Of a stretch of 64,000 bases of DNA, positions 17,734 through 28,736 are shown piece by piece (the stretch's first letter is position 1; each line of letters begins with the position of its first letter). Both the position numbers and the translations under genes were made by a program. The notes beneath the pieces were generated by a model, which was not told the origin of the DNA, made no database searches, and was given only the letters and a program-made list of their open reading frames with translations. This DNA comes from an uncultured Ignavibacteria bacterium (GTDB taxonomy: Bacteria > Zixibacteria > MSB-5A5 > CAIYYT01), in the NCBI GenBank assembly GCA_964370935.1, contig CAYJKI010000002.1:522545-586544 (forward strand). Direction: 5' to 3'.

Positions 17734-20058
17734 ATGAACTGGAAACGCTTCTTCGTCATATTAGGCCTTTCTGTTGTTGTCCTCGGTGTTGCAGGCATAG
17801 TCGCCGTAAAGATGCTCGTCTCGCCGGAGACAATCACACGGGCGATTGTGCCGAAGATTTCTGCGATGCTCGATCGCGAAGTTACAGTCGGCAAAGCGGA
17901 ATTAGGGCTGTTTCCGATCGGCGTTCGAATTGCCGATGTGACCATCGCAAATAGGGGGCAGTTCGCGGACCGGCCATTGGCAAAGATTGATCATATTGAT
18001 GCGAACCTGCAATATTTGCCATTGCTGCTGGGCCGGATCAAGGTCAAGGAAGTTGCCATCGCCGGTTGGGAGATGTTGCTCTTCAAGGACTCTTTGGGGT
18101 CGACCAACTACGACTTCTTTTCGGCGCGTGCAATGTTGCCCAACGAGCAACAGCAGTTTGAAGAGCCGCTTTGCCGCAAGTTTCGATTGGATAGCGGACG
18201 GCTGCTGATGCGAGATGATTCAACCGGATTTCGTTTTGTACTTGGCAATGTCAGATTGAATTATGACCTGCTCGGAGAGCGGCAATCGGAGATTCTGGGC
18301 AAGCTGGAGATCGATTCGCTGTTCGTGTGGGCCGGAGCAGGAACTTTCCTCATTCAGCCCAATGCACTTTCCACCGACTGGCGAGGCTTCTACTCGCTTA
18401 GCAAGGATTCCCTGTCACTGCGGCGCTGCGAATGGCGTCTTGACAAGTTTGCCGGACGATTGGAAGGCTCGGTGGGCCGGATTACATCGTCACCGTCGAT
18501 TAATCTCCGGGTGCTTTCCGAACGCACGGATCTGTCTACTTGCGCGGAATCCCGCGTGCTGGCGGCCATTCCCTTTCTTCGTGACCTGGACCTTGGCGGA
18601 CAGATTCGAATTGATGTAGCTTATTCGGGCAAGGTGGGTGTACCGACGAGTCGAAGCTTGCGCGGCAAAGTATCCGTAACCGACTTCACCGGCATTCTCC
18701 CGGAGAAGAACATTGACGTGCGCATGAAGCTGTTGGAGGCCAACTTCAACGAGCAGACGCTTTCGCTATTTACCGAGGCCGGTTTCATTGGCTCCTCGCC
18801 GGCATCTTTTCGGTTTACAGCGGATAACTACAGCGATCCGACGTATTCCGGCGAAGTGAATCTGACAAGTGATGCCATGACTCTGGCTCGGATACTTGAT
18901 GCGAAACCGACATTATCGTTTGGAGGCCTGGTCGAGGTCAATCTTTCCGGATTCGTTCGCCCCTCTGCTCCCGAAGAGGGACGCGTTTTCGGTTCGGTTG
19001 TTGTCTCCGGGCTCTCGGTCTCGGATTCATCCGCCGGTTGGTCGCTGGATACTCTGAATGCAGAAGTGCATTGCAGCGGTAACTACGCTCAAATACCACA
19101 GTTCGATTTGAGTATCGGCGCAAATCGACTTCAGGCATATGGCAACGTAACTGATTTCTCACTGTTGTTTGCAGAGGGCAGAAAAGTGCGCAAGCGTCCT
19201 CGATTAGAATTTAGTTTATCCAGCGAGTACTTCAATTTCGATACCTTGACAGCCCTTAGCGATAACAGCCAAGCGCCAGCAGATACCGACGCTGTCATGG
19301 CAATCGTTGATCGATTGATTGACTTCGACGCAGCCGGTCAAGTCCGGGTGATGGCTGGACGCGCCGCCGGGATTGACTTCGAAACACTTGATTCGCGACT
19401 GTCTGTGACTAACCGGATAATTTACAGCGACACAGTATCCGTGGGTGTTTTTGGCGGGTCAGTGAGCGGTGAAATCATCTATGATTTCAATGATCTTCTT
19501 AAGCCAGATTTTGAGCTCGACCTGCGCGGCAGGAACATCGCGGCGGCTCACTTTCTCAATCGCTGCACCGGATTTGGTGAAGTGCTTTCAGGAGAAATCG
19601 ATATGCAGCTGGTTGCGCGTGGACGTGGGCTGACAGCGACGGAGTACCGACCAACACTGAACATCAAGGGACGCGCGATCATTGAAGACGGCAGCATAGA
19701 GGGGTTCGATTTAAGTCGGCGCTTTGAGGATTTCTTCGGCATCAAGGCGTTTGATAACCGGCGTGTCGATGATCTTGTCGCAAACTTTATCTACGCCGAT
19801 CAGACTTTGCGTTTTAACCAACTGGTCTTTGATTCCGACGATATCGAGTATTCGATTGAAGGAACAGTTTCTCAAGACGGTATCGCTGACCTACTAATCA
19901 GTCGGAAACTCTCCAAGGATGATTCACAAGTACTCCAGTCGAATCGAGAGTTTCGTGATTTGAGCGGCGGCAAGCAACCCAAGTTGGCGGCAATCCGAGC
20001 GTCCGGTCCGGTGGGAAGCCCTTCATTTCACGTCGTATCAGTGCGACAAAAAGATTGA
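17734..20058 (+). CDS. AsmA-family outer-membrane biogenesis protein (large periplasmic protein with an N-terminal TM anchor)
   Basis: 774 aa. N-terminal TM helix followed by a long beta-rich region typical of the AsmA/TamB-like family. Confidence 0.55.
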   Translation: MNWKRFFVILGLSVVVLGVAGIVAVKMLVSPETITRAIVPKISAMLDREVTVGKAELGLFPIGVRIADVTIANRGQFADRPLAKIDHIDANLQYLPLLLGRIKVKEVAIAGWEMLLFKDSLGSTNYDFFSARAMLPNEQQQFEEPLCRKFRLDSGRLLMRDDSTGFRFVLGNVRLNYDLLGERQSEILGKLEIDSLFVWAGAGTFLIQPNALSTDWRGFYSLSKDSLSLRRCEWRLDKFAGRLEGSVGRITSSPSINLRVLSERTDLSTCAESRVLAAIPFLRDLDLGGQIRIDVAYSGKVGVPTSRSLRGKVSVTDFTGILPEKNIDVRMKLLEANFNEQTLSLFTEAGFIGSSPASFRFTADNYSDPTYSGEVNLTSDAMTLARILDAKPTLSFGGLVEVNLSGFVRPSAPEEGRVFGSVVVSGLSVSDSSAGWSLDTLNAEVHCSGNYAQIPQFDLSIGANRLQAYGNVTDFSLLFAEGRKVRKRPRLEFSLSSEYFNFDTLTALSDNSQAPADTDAVMAIVDRLIDFDAAGQVRVMAGRAAGIDFETLDSRLSVTNRIIYSDTVSVGVFGGSVSGEIIYDFNDLLKPDFELDLRGRNIAAAHFLNRCTGFGEVLSGEIDMQLVARGRGLTATEYRPTLNIKGRAIIEDGSIEGFDLSRRFEDFFGIKAFDNRRVDDLVANFIYADQTLRFNQLVFDSDDIEYSIEGTVSQDGIADLLISRKLSKDDSQVLQSNREFRDLSGGKQPKLAAIRASGPVGSPSFHVVSVRQKD

Positions 20059-20095
20059 CTACACTTTTATCCCCAACCGTCGTAACTTCCTAACT

Positions 20096-20647
20096 ATGGC
20101 ATTCGAAGACATCAAGGCAATCTATCGCAATGACCCGGCGGCACGGGGAATTGAGCCAATTCTCTATTCGGGTCTGCATGCTATTCTCTTCCACCGTGTA
20201 TCTCATCGCCTGTATCGGTGGGGACTCCGTTTCCTGGCGCGAGTTGTCTCGCAAACAGCGCGGTTCCTGACCGGAATTGAGATCCATCCCGGTGCTTCGA
20301 TCGGAAAAGGTCTGTTCATTGATCATGGTATGGCTTTGGTCGTCGGTGAAACGGCGGAAATCGGCAAAGACTGTGTGTTGTTCCACAACGTCACGCTGGG
20401 CGGTACCGGCAAGCATAAGGGCAAGCGTCATCCCACCTTGGGCGATGAGGTGTTTATCGGAACTGGCGCGGTTATCTTGGGTCCGGTGAAGATCGGCAAC
20501 CGCGTCAGGATTGGCGCCAATTCATTTATCTACATGTGTGATGTGCCGGATGATGCTACAGTCGTTGGCAGTCCGGGTCGAATCGTACGACTGCGCGGCG
20601 AGCCCGTGGATCTGCCACTGCCAAAGACAATTCATATCGAAGAGTGA
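20096..20647 (+). CDS. cysE: Serine O-acetyltransferase
   Basis: Hexapeptide-repeat left-handed beta-helix. [44 protein letters not shown] matches the CysE active-site region. Confidence 0.8.
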   Translation: MAFEDIKAIYRNDPAARGIEPILYSGLHAILFHRVSHRLYRWGLRFLARVVSQTARFLTGIEIHPGASIGKGLFIDHGMALVVGETAEIGKDCVLFHNVTLGGTGKHKGKRHPTLGDEVFIGTGAVILGPVKIGNRVRIGANSFIYMCDVPDDATVVGSPGRIVRLRGEPVDLPLPKTIHIEE

Positions 20648-20746
20648 GATCATTCCCAGGCGTGGATACTAATGAGCGGGGCTTCATAGAGTTTCTGCAG
20701 AAGTTTAGTTGAGTGTCAGGGCTACTACCCGCTGGTGTTCCTATTA

Positions 20747-21154
20747 TCAGAGACCTTCGGTTCCGTTATCGAAGTAGTGAAAGTGCGCAAGTTGATTGAT
20801 TGCCGAGTTGATATTCTCGACGGACTCACCCAATGCAACAGCAAGTTTGGCAATTTCCTCTTTGGTCTCCGGAAATGTGGTAATCATGTCGACTACTTCG
20901 AGAAGAATGTGAGAGTCATCCTCTACTGGATTTCCGGCGATAAAGTTGTTCATGATATTGGCGGCAAAGCAGGCTGCGAAGATTCCGATTCGGGGATCGG
21001 CGGACTCGACGAAGAGATCAAAGCGACCTTCCGGTTTCTTCCAACCATTGTTGATGCTTGAGCTACTCGGCGTCTGGCCCAAGTTACCCGGATCGGCAGA
21101 CATCAGATGCTCCAGCAGGTGCGGAAAATCCGCGAGTTCTCCGATTCGTTTCAT
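20747..21154 (-). CDS. Hypothetical protein (135 aa)
   Basis: ORF with coding-like composition. No motif recognised. Confidence 0.35.
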   Translation of the reverse strand: MKRIGELADFPHLLEHLMSADPGNLGQTPSSSSINNGWKKPEGRFDLFVESADPRIGIFAACFAANIMNNFIAGNPVEDDSHILLEVVDMITTFPETKEEIAKLAVALGESVENINSAINQLAHFHYFDNGTEGL

Positions 21155-21439
21155 TCTTGTCGACTTCCTACTCGAGACATAAGACGATGCCGTTTTTCAC
21201 CTTTGGTACTGCTAGAAGCAATAGCGCTGTCACCCCAGTTATCGGACTTAGAAGGACCGACTTTAGTATGTTTGTGGTTCGAATCCCGGACAGGCGCCGT
21301 CGTCAGGGCTGAACGGGCAACAATAATCGAGGCTTGATCAACTCGAATTTGCGCAGGGAGTAATTGCACCGAATGGCGCTTAACGATATATTAGTTGTCT
21401 TCGCGCCGTTGATAATTGTGAACGTTGAGGAAGTAGCCC

Positions 21440-22792
21440 GTGAGCGATCTGTTTGAAGATGATGTTCCGCTGAAAAGAAAACCCAATGCGCCACTTGCCG
21501 AGCGGATGCGTCCGGAGCGACTCGACGAGTTTGTCGGTCAACACGATATCATGGACGAAGGGAAGCCGTTGCGAGCGCTGCTCGATAAGGGCAAGATTCA
21601 CTCGGCGATCTTCTGGGGACCGCCCGGGTCCGGCAAGACAACGTTAGCCTACCTGATCTCCAAGACTCTGAAATTGAAGTTCATTTTCTTCTCGGCCGTG
21701 ACATCGGGAATTAAAGAGATCAAAGAGGTCATGGCCGAAGCCGAAAAGACGGAAGCGCTTTATGGACAGCGGACAGTGCTGTTCGTTGACGAAATACATC
21801 GATTTAATAAGGGGCAGCAGGATGCTTTCCTGCCGTACGTTGAATCGGGTAAGATCGTTCTGTTGGGTGCGACAACGGAAAATCCGTCATTCGAGGTAGT
21901 CGGCGCACTATTGTCACGTCTCAAAGTGTATCTGCTTAAGCCGCTCGATGCGGAGGATCTCGACAGGATCATATCGCGCGCTCTGGCAGACAAGGACAAA
22001 GGTCTGGGAGCCAAGAATGTAAAACTAAGCGCAGACGCGAGATCATACATCATTCAGGTAAGTGGTGGCGATGCGAGGCGAGCGCTGACATTGCTCGATT
22101 TAGCTTGCGAGGCCGATCCTGGTTGGGAGACGGGCTCTGCGGACATCACTTTGGAACGTATCACTGAAGTCCAGCAGAAGAAAGTTTTGCTGTATGACAA
22201 GTCGGGCGAAGAGCATTTCAATTTAATATCGGCACTGCACAAATCGATGCGCGATTCGGACCCCGATGCTTCACTGTACTGGTTGGCACGAATGCTCGCC
22301 GGCGGTGAAGATCCTTTGTACATTGCCAGACGAGTAGTGCGATTTGCCGTCGAGGATGTTGGCTTGGCTGATCCAGGCGCGATGGCCGTTGCCTTGAACG
22401 CCAAAGAGATCTACCACTTTCTCGGAACACCAGAAGGTGAGTTGGCGATTGCTGAAGCTGTAGTATATCTCGCAGCAGCGCCCAAGTCGAATCGGATCTA
22501 CAGAGCGTACCAGAAGGTGATGAAGACCGTGGAAGAAGAGCCCGCTTATGAGGTACCTTATCACATCCGCAATGCCGTGACCGGGATGATGAAAGGTTTC
22601 GGTTATGGCAAAGGCTACCAGTATGCGCACGATGTTGACAATGCCATCACCGGCCAGTCGGATCTCCCGGACCAGTTGAAAACGCGGGTGTTTTATGAGC
22701 CTTCGGAGTACGGGATTGAGAAGAAGATCAAGGAGCGGCTTGAATACTGGGAAGAAATCAGGAAACAGGCGCGTGAACGGGGCAAGAAATAA
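21440..22792 (+). CDS. rarA: Replication-associated recombination protein A (AAA+ ATPase RarA/MgsA)
   Basis: Walker A GPPGSGKTTLA, Walker B VLFVDEIHRFNK, and the C-terminal MgsA-specific helical domain. Confidence 0.85.
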   Translation: MSDLFEDDVPLKRKPNAPLAERMRPERLDEFVGQHDIMDEGKPLRALLDKGKIHSAIFWGPPGSGKTTLAYLISKTLKLKFIFFSAVTSGIKEIKEVMAEAEKTEALYGQRTVLFVDEIHRFNKGQQDAFLPYVESGKIVLLGATTENPSFEVVGALLSRLKVYLLKPLDAEDLDRIISRALADKDKGLGAKNVKLSADARSYIIQVSGGDARRALTLLDLACEADPGWETGSADITLERITEVQQKKVLLYDKSGEEHFNLISALHKSMRDSDPDASLYWLARMLAGGEDPLYIARRVVRFAVEDVGLADPGAMAVALNAKEIYHFLGTPEGELAIAEAVVYLAAAPKSNRIYRAYQKVMKTVEEEPAYEVPYHIRNAVTGMMKGFGYGKGYQYAHDVDNAITGQSDLPDQLKTRVFYEPSEYGIEKKIKERLEYWEEIRKQARERGKK

Positions 22793-22856
22793 TATTTCTT
22801 GAGGGTTTAGGCGGCTTGGACATTGACCTGTATAATCAAAGAGTAAACAACTATCA

Positions 22857-24137
22857 ATGGACGTTATGAAGACGACTCGATTTCTGATATTATCACTCAT
22901 TGGTATGACGCTGTTTTGTTCGCAATCTTTTGCCAACAAGATCTTGATCTATATGGATCGCGAGCAGACCAATCACCTCAAGGCTTACGGAGTAGCTTTC
23001 TGGACACTCAAGCAGAATCGCCCGGTTGAGTGGCTGCTCAATTATCGCGGCGGTTCATTCTTGATGGACGAATTTGAGGGCATCAAGAACTTGTGTGCAT
23101 TGCGCGGCGTCGCGGCGACCACCATCGACGCCGGCGATGAAGCCCTGATCCGCGCTACTATCGAAGAGAACAACATGGAGTCCGTACTGCTGGAGAAAGC
23201 ACCGGCGGTGGCGATTTATAGTCCGCCGAACAACGAGCCATGGGATGATGCGGTGACACTGGCGCTGCAATACGCCGAAATCGAGTACAAGACTCTTTGG
23301 GATCCCGAAGTCCTGGATGGCAAACTCGAGGAATACGACTGGCTGCATCTGCATCACGAAGATTTCACCGGACAATACGGGCGATTCTATAATTCCTTCC
23401 GCAATACACTCTGGTATCAACAGGAGGTAGCGGCGAATGAGCAGACGGCGAGAACGCTCGGCTACCGCAAGGTTTCAGAAATGAAGCGCGACGTAGTACT
23501 CGCAGTGGAAGATTTCGTCGCCCGCGGCGGTTTCATGTTCTCGATGTGTTCGGCGCCCGAGACATTTGATATCATGCTGGCCGCCCAGAACACTGATATC
23601 GTCCCGAAGGAATTCGACGGTGATGCCATCGATCCGAATTTTGCCAGCAAATTGGACTTTAGCAGATGTATGGCGTTCGAGAACTTCACATTATCAGTCA
23701 ATCCACTTGAGTACAAGCACTCGGACATTGATACATATCCGGATCGGCAGCAATTTGCGCCGGTTCCGGATTTGGACTATTTCCAATTATTCGATTTTTC
23801 CGCAAAGCTTGACCCGGTGCCGACGATGTTGGTACAAGATCACGTCGGTATGGTCAAGGGATTCATGGGGCAGTCCACCGCATTTCGAAAATCGCTGGTC
23901 AAGAAATTCGTAACGATACTTGCGGAAGTGGATGGACAGGATGAAGCTCGTTATATTCACGGCAACTATGGCAAGGGAACATTTACGTTTCTGGGCGGTC
24001 ATGACCCGGAAGACTATCAACACATGGTGGGAGACCCACCGACACAGTTGGAGCTATACAAAGATTCGCCCGGCTACCGCTTGATTCTGAACAACATCTT
24101 ATTTCCGGCGGCGAAAAAGAAAGAACGCAAGACATAA
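22857..24137 (+). CDS. Secreted hypothetical protein (426 aa)
   Basis: Signal peptide MKTTRFLILSLIGMTLFCSQSFA. No confidently recognised domain. Confidence 0.4.
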   Translation: MDVMKTTRFLILSLIGMTLFCSQSFANKILIYMDREQTNHLKAYGVAFWTLKQNRPVEWLLNYRGGSFLMDEFEGIKNLCALRGVAATTIDAGDEALIRATIEENNMESVLLEKAPAVAIYSPPNNEPWDDAVTLALQYAEIEYKTLWDPEVLDGKLEEYDWLHLHHEDFTGQYGRFYNSFRNTLWYQQEVAANEQTARTLGYRKVSEMKRDVVLAVEDFVARGGFMFSMCSAPETFDIMLAAQNTDIVPKEFDGDAIDPNFASKLDFSRCMAFENFTLSVNPLEYKHSDIDTYPDRQQFAPVPDLDYFQLFDFSAKLDPVPTMLVQDHVGMVKGFMGQSTAFRKSLVKKFVTILAEVDGQDEARYIHGNYGKGTFTFLGGHDPEDYQHMVGDPPTQLELYKDSPGYRLILNNILFPAAKKKERKT

Positions 24138-24371
24138 GTCGCTGTCAGTGTCAAAGATAGTGATAGTGAATAATTTCTCTTGATTTTCGTAATCGCTTTC
24201 ATTAAATAACAGTATCTTCACTGATCTGAACAGGTCGGATAGACGGCTAAATACCCTTCATCGTTTAGAATGTCGTCAAAGCGTTAACGCAGATTTGCCC
24301 GAGAATCTGGTAGTCCGTCTGTTGATCAAGATAGAAGAAACACAGCACATTACAACAGCTTGGAGGATTAG

Positions 24372-25088
24372 GTGTCCGGTGCGAGCGATATACTCATCGC
24401 AAATATAAAGGAAAAAGGTTCGGAGGTTACCGCCTTCCTGGAGAAGGAAGGAATCAACATCCGCTATACGGCATTGCGTCTAATCGACTATTTGATTGCC
24501 GGAAGAATCGCAGTCATTCGCCGGACAGTACCGGCGTTCATGGAAGATCTGTCGAATAAGTTAGTTTATCGTACGGCGCCGGAATTCAAGCGGACCTTTC
24601 CGGATCCGCTGTACATTGTCGAGGGCGACCGACCGGCATCAACGATATCCTCAACGACCCACGGCCGTTCCGGTGTCACCTATCTGACTTTTGTCAATCG
24701 AATTCCGATCATTTTCTCCAGCACTCCCGAAGAGACCGGGAAATATATAGCGCTCATGATGAAACAAGTGGCATTTGCCTCGACGGCGGAAACCATGTCA
24801 AATGACAACGAAGAAACATCCGAAGAGTCGACAGTTGAGATTGATGCTGAAGTTCAAATGCAGGTGCTTTCGGCGATACCCGGAGTGAAGGAAGAAAATG
24901 CCAAGGCACTTATCGCCAAATTCGGTTCCTTGCGCGCTATCGCAGAAGCTGACGAAGCGGAAATCGCCAAAGTCAAAGGTCTCGGCGGCAAGAGAGCTAA
25001 GGCCATAGCACAGGCTTTTAATGCGTCACTTCTTGAGAGCCAGCCGCGGGTTGAAACAAAGTCTTCCAAGTCATCCGTTACCCGATAG
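24372..25088 (+). CDS. ERCC4 (XPF/Mus81)-like nuclease-fold protein with a C-terminal tandem helix-hairpin-helix (HhH2). The catalytic motif appears degenerate.
   Basis: IDYLIAGRIAVIRRTVPAFMEDL aligns to the archaeal XPF core GDY..(x)..AVERKSxxDLxxSI, but with G->I, E->I, K->R. The C-terminus IPGVKEENAKALIAKFGSLRAIAEADEAEIAKVKGLGGKRAKAI is a classic (HhH)2. Confidence 0.5.
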   Translation: MSGASDILIANIKEKGSEVTAFLEKEGINIRYTALRLIDYLIAGRIAVIRRTVPAFMEDLSNKLVYRTAPEFKRTFPDPLYIVEGDRPASTISSTTHGRSGVTYLTFVNRIPIIFSSTPEETGKYIALMMKQVAFASTAETMSNDNEETSEESTVEIDAEVQMQVLSAIPGVKEENAKALIAKFGSLRAIAEADEAEIAKVKGLGGKRAKAIAQAFNASLLESQPRVETKSSKSSVTR

Positions 25089-25155
25089 ACTATCAAGTAA
25101 TTTTCGAACCAAGTCTCTCTCTTTCCAATTTTAGGATTGCGCGTATATTGGGATC

Positions 25156-27306
25156 GTGACCGATAAACCGCAGATCGATAGAATCTTCGTTGCGCTGGCC
25201 TTAGCGCTGCCGTTCTGCCTCTACCTCCTCACTCTTTGTAGAGGAATCCCGGTCGGTGATGCACCGGAATTGGCATTGGCAGCGGCAAGACTTCAGATTG
25301 CCCATCCACCCGGCTATCCACTGCTGACGATAGTCGGCTACATTTGGAGCCAGGCATTTTCCTTTTTGCGCCCGATTGTCACACTCAATTTGCTTAGCGC
25401 CGTATTTGCAGCCGCGTCATGCGGAGCTTTCTATCTTCTCGCGTCTCGACTTGTCGTGGTGCAGGGAATGACTGGGCGCGTTCTCATGTTGGCCATCGCT
25501 GTTTCCATTGCGGCCGGCCGGACCCTGTGGTCGACGGCAACGAATTTCGAGGTCTATTCCCTGGCGGCACTGTTCACTGTGCTGATTCTCCTACTGCTCA
25601 TTCGATTGATGCAAACCGGCGACCGGCGATTCTTCTTGCTTGCGACGTACCTGCTGGGGCTGTCCCTCTGCAATCATCTTTCATTGCTTGCTTTGCTGCC
25701 GGCTGTGATCATCGCCGCAATCGGCATACGATCAATTTTGGGTTGGCGGCATCTGCTTGCCGGCATCGTGTTGGGAGTCGTTCCGGGAACTCTTTACGGT
25801 TACCTGCTTATTCGTTCGCGATTTGATCTGGTGATGAGTTGGTATAATCCGCAACGGTGGACCGGTTTCAAGCAACAGGTGTTTGCGGAGACCTATCAGC
25901 GCTTTGTCGCCTCACCGAATTTTGCGGACTTAATGCCCTATATGCATCGGCTCCAGGAATTATTCGGTGGCGAATTGGTGCTGCCGTTCACATTGTTGGC
26001 CCTGGGTGGACTAATTGTCCAATGGCGCAGGAATCCAAAAATTGCGTTGATGCTCGGCTCTGTAGCCGTAACCAACTGCATACTCAATTTCAATTACACC
26101 ATCAGCGACATCGCGCCTTATTTCTTGCCGACAATCACTGTGCTGTTGATCTGGATATTCGAGTTATTGAATTGGATGATCAGCAAGTCTCGAGCGACGA
26201 CGGGCGTTGCTGTGACAGTTTCAATTGCTGTCGCAGCGACTTCGATTGTTGGCAACTATGACCGATCTGACCTTTCTACTCGCACTAAGTCCGAAACCTA
26301 TGCGAAGGATCTGTTCAAAAATGTCCCGACGGGAGGAATGCTCTTCTGCGGAAGCGACAATTCGATGTTCCCGGCATTATATCTGCGCTATGTTGAGAAC
26401 TACCGACCTGACAGCGAGGTATTTGGTCACTTGCCGACGATGAGTCATCTGCAACGTGAGCTGGGTTACCAATTCGACGGTGATTGGACGAATTTTCCGG
26501 ACTTGCTCAAACACGCCATTAAATCGGGTTCGCGGCCAGTCGTGATGGCACGCGAACTGATGAATTTCGACAACAACTTCCCGCGCATAGTGGACAACTT
26601 GATAGCTCGAGATTTAGTATATGTTGCCGATTCAGCAATGCAATTGCCTTTGCAGGACTATCGCACACAAATCGACGACATTCCAAATCTGTATGATCCT
26701 AAGGAAGCACTGATGTATGCTGTCTATCAACTGGCGGCGGCGGAGTCAGCCGAAGATGCGAGCGACACTGAAAGCGAGCGGTACTACAACCGCGCGATCA
26801 GAATAGTCAACGCAATGAAGGAACCTTCACTATCGAGCGCCCTGGCCGCCTACTTTGTTGATCGCAATCAACATCGTTACGCAATAGCGGTGATTGAACC
26901 TGCGCTGGCATTGTCGTCACTGCGGCTGAAAGAGCGACTTCAATTGCTCGGAGGACTCGGCACCGCGCAAATGCGACTACAAAACAGGGCGGGCGCAAGG
27001 GCTGTTTTCGAGAAGATGCTGACTCTGGAAGCCGATAATACTGAAGCGCAATTTCAAATCATGACGCTGGATGCTTCGGAAGCAATGAATGGCGGAAATC
27101 TGGAGGCCGCAATTTCGGTGTATGAGCGAATGGCGCAATTGGCACCCGATCAACACCAGGTGACTATGCAGCTGGCAGGACTCTACATCAGGACAGGCAA
27201 CCTCAAGTCAGCCCGGTTGGCTCTGCAGCGTTGCATCGACGCCGATTACCGGCGCGATGAGGCCACCACTTTACTCGGGCAATTGGATTCGACGGGGCTC
27301 AAGTAG
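25156..27306 (+). CDS. DUF2723-family polytopic membrane protein (GT-C/PMT-like putative glycosyltransferase) with C-terminal TPR repeats
   Basis: N-terminal signature PVGDAPELALAAARLQIAHPPGYPL, about eleven TM helices, then a soluble TPR-like C-terminal ~200 aa. Confidence 0.7.
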   Translation: MTDKPQIDRIFVALALALPFCLYLLTLCRGIPVGDAPELALAAARLQIAHPPGYPLLTIVGYIWSQAFSFLRPIVTLNLLSAVFAAASCGAFYLLASRLVVVQGMTGRVLMLAIAVSIAAGRTLWSTATNFEVYSLAALFTVLILLLLIRLMQTGDRRFFLLATYLLGLSLCNHLSLLALLPAVIIAAIGIRSILGWRHLLAGIVLGVVPGTLYGYLLIRSRFDLVMSWYNPQRWTGFKQQVFAETYQRFVASPNFADLMPYMHRLQELFGGELVLPFTLLALGGLIVQWRRNPKIALMLGSVAVTNCILNFNYTISDIAPYFLPTITVLLIWIFELLNWMISKSRATTGVAVTVSIAVAATSIVGNYDRSDLSTRTKSETYAKDLFKNVPTGGMLFCGSDNSMFPALYLRYVENYRPDSEVFGHLPTMSHLQRELGYQFDGDWTNFPDLLKHAIKSGSRPVVMARELMNFDNNFPRIVDNLIARDLVYVADSAMQLPLQDYRTQIDDIPNLYDPKEALMYAVYQLAAAESAEDASDTESERYYNRAIRIVNAMKEPSLSSALAAYFVDRNQHRYAIAVIEPALALSSLRLKERLQLLGGLGTAQMRLQNRAGARAVFEKMLTLEADNTEAQFQIMTLDASEAMNGGNLEAAISVYERMAQLAPDQHQVTMQLAGLYIRTGNLKSARLALQRCIDADYRRDEATTLLGQLDSTGLK

Positions 27307-27318
27307 CCGGTTGCCACG

Positions 27319-28629
27319 CTACGCCACGGAGAGCGTAACGTCCTTGGTTGGGACGGCAACCAAACGATCACCGTCAAGGCTCGTTAGATCAACCGAGCAG
27401 ATTTGATTCTGTAGATTTCGTTCGGACTTCAAGTGAACCCGCATGTAGTTTTCCGTATACCCGGTCCAATAGTAATCTTCCTGCGTTTCAAATAGCACAT
27501 TGACAGTCGTGCCAAGATGCGCGGAGTAATATGCCCGACGTTTGCGCTCGGAGAGCTCAATTAAATTGCGAGTGCGTGCCTTCTTGACTTGATGTGGTAC
27601 TTTGGGTTTCAGATTCCATGAGGGCGTACCCGGACGATCGGAATAGGTGAACACGTGGAAATAGAAAAAGGGGAGATCTGTCAGAACGTCGCGAGTATTT
27701 TGAAATTCGGCCTCGCCCTCGGTGGGATAACCGACCATGATATCTGTACCGAGCCCTATGTCGGGAATCAATTTGGCGGACCACTCAATGAACTTGGCGA
27801 ACGGTTTGATGGTATGTTTGCGCGACATCGAAGAGAGAATCTTGTCATCTCCGCTTTGCAGTGGCACGTGCAAGTAGTGGCACAACTTAGCCGACGAGGC
27901 CATATAGCGCACCAATTCCGCCCCGATAGTGGTCGGTTCGATTGAACTGATGCGGATGCGCGACAGGCCTTCAATCAGCTCGAGACGCTCGATGACTTTG
28001 AGCAGGTTTTTTCCGTCATTCTTGTAGGTGCCAATGTTAACACCGGTGAGGACGAGTTCGCGGTGTCCGGCAGCGACCAGAGCTTCGGCTTCGCGAATAA
28101 TGTCGTTGAAATTCCGGCTGCGAGCACGGCCTCGGACTGTTGGGATAATGCAGAACGAGCAAAAATAATTGCAGCCATCCTGGATTTTCAGGTTAGCTCG
28201 TGTATTGAACGTGTACAGGCCGCTGGTGTCAATGGTGAATTCTTTCTCGGGCAACTTCGGCGAGTGGATTATTTGCGGCGCGGAGTTCTTATTGAGACCA
28301 TTGAGAAAGTCGCCTACACGCAGCTTGTGTTCATTGCCAATGATCAGATCGACGCCGCGAATGGCGCTGATGGCATCGATGCCGTTTTGCGCGTAACAGC
28401 CGACGACTGCAACGAAGGTCGTAGGATTGACACGCAGCGCTGCCCGCACCGCCTGTCGGCATTTGGAATCGGCTTGTTCGGTAACAGTGCAGGTGTTAAT
28501 AACCGTCACATCTGCAGGCTCGCCGAATTCGACGATATCGAATCCGCGGGCAGCCAGACTGTTGGCAATAATCGCGGTCTCGGCCTGATTGAGCCGACAA
28601 CCGAGTGTATGCAGCGAAGCCTTGGGCAA
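27319..28629 (-). CDS. mtaB: MiaB-family radical-SAM methylthiotransferase (MtaB-like tRNA t6A37 methylthiotransferase)
   Basis: UPF0004 domain (LHTLGCRLNQAE). Radical SAM CNYFCSFCIIP. C-terminal TRAM domain. The track ORF extends to 28815, but the homologous region begins about 28629 (TTG) with ...KASLHTLGC. Confidence 0.8.
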   Translation of the reverse strand: MPKASLHTLGCRLNQAETAIIANSLAARGFDIVEFGEPADVTVINTCTVTEQADSKCRQAVRAALRVNPTTFVAVVGCYAQNGIDAISAIRGVDLIIGNEHKLRVGDFLNGLNKNSAPQIIHSPKLPEKEFTIDTSGLYTFNTRANLKIQDGCNYFCSFCIIPTVRGRARSRNFNDIIREAEALVAAGHRELVLTGVNIGTYKNDGKNLLKVIERLELIEGLSRIRISSIEPTTIGAELVRYMASSAKLCHYLHVPLQSGDDKILSSMSRKHTIKPFAKFIEWSAKLIPDIGLGTDIMVGYPTEGEAEFQNTRDVLTDLPFFYFHVFTYSDRPGTPSWNLKPKVPHQVKKARTRNLIELSERKRRAYYSAHLGTTVNVLFETQEDYYWTGYTENYMRVHLKSERNLQNQICSVDLTSLDGDRLVAVPTKDVTLSVA

Positions 28630-28736
28630 GTTCCTGCTCCAGAAATGATCCGTTTTGACGCCGAATTGCCGGCGCCGCTGACAGGGAGCAGAATATAGAC
28701 TCGAGCGAGGAATGTCAAGCGGGAGACAGGCTGAAC

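Noticed and set aside
21268-21300. tRNA-like T-arm string GTGGTTCGAATCCCGGACAGGCGCC in the intergenic region upstream of rarA
   Set aside because: GGTTCGAATCC matches the tRNA T-loop consensus. I could not build a cloverleaf around it on either strand: the T-stem pairs poorly, and there is no acceptor stem, anticodon arm or CCA. I treat it as chance similarity. A tRNAscan or Infernal run would settle it.
22271-22939. 222-aa minus-strand ORF antisense to rarA
   Set aside because: It is a shadow ORF inside a confidently identified AAA+ gene. The same judgement applies to the many 60-270-aa antisense ORFs inside cusA, nuoF, hdrA and the M16 genes, including 33737-34537.
28063-28698. 211-aa plus-strand ORF antisense to mtaB
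   Set aside because: It lies entirely within a well-supported radical-SAM gene on the other strand and has no recognisable motifs. It is a typical shadow ORF.
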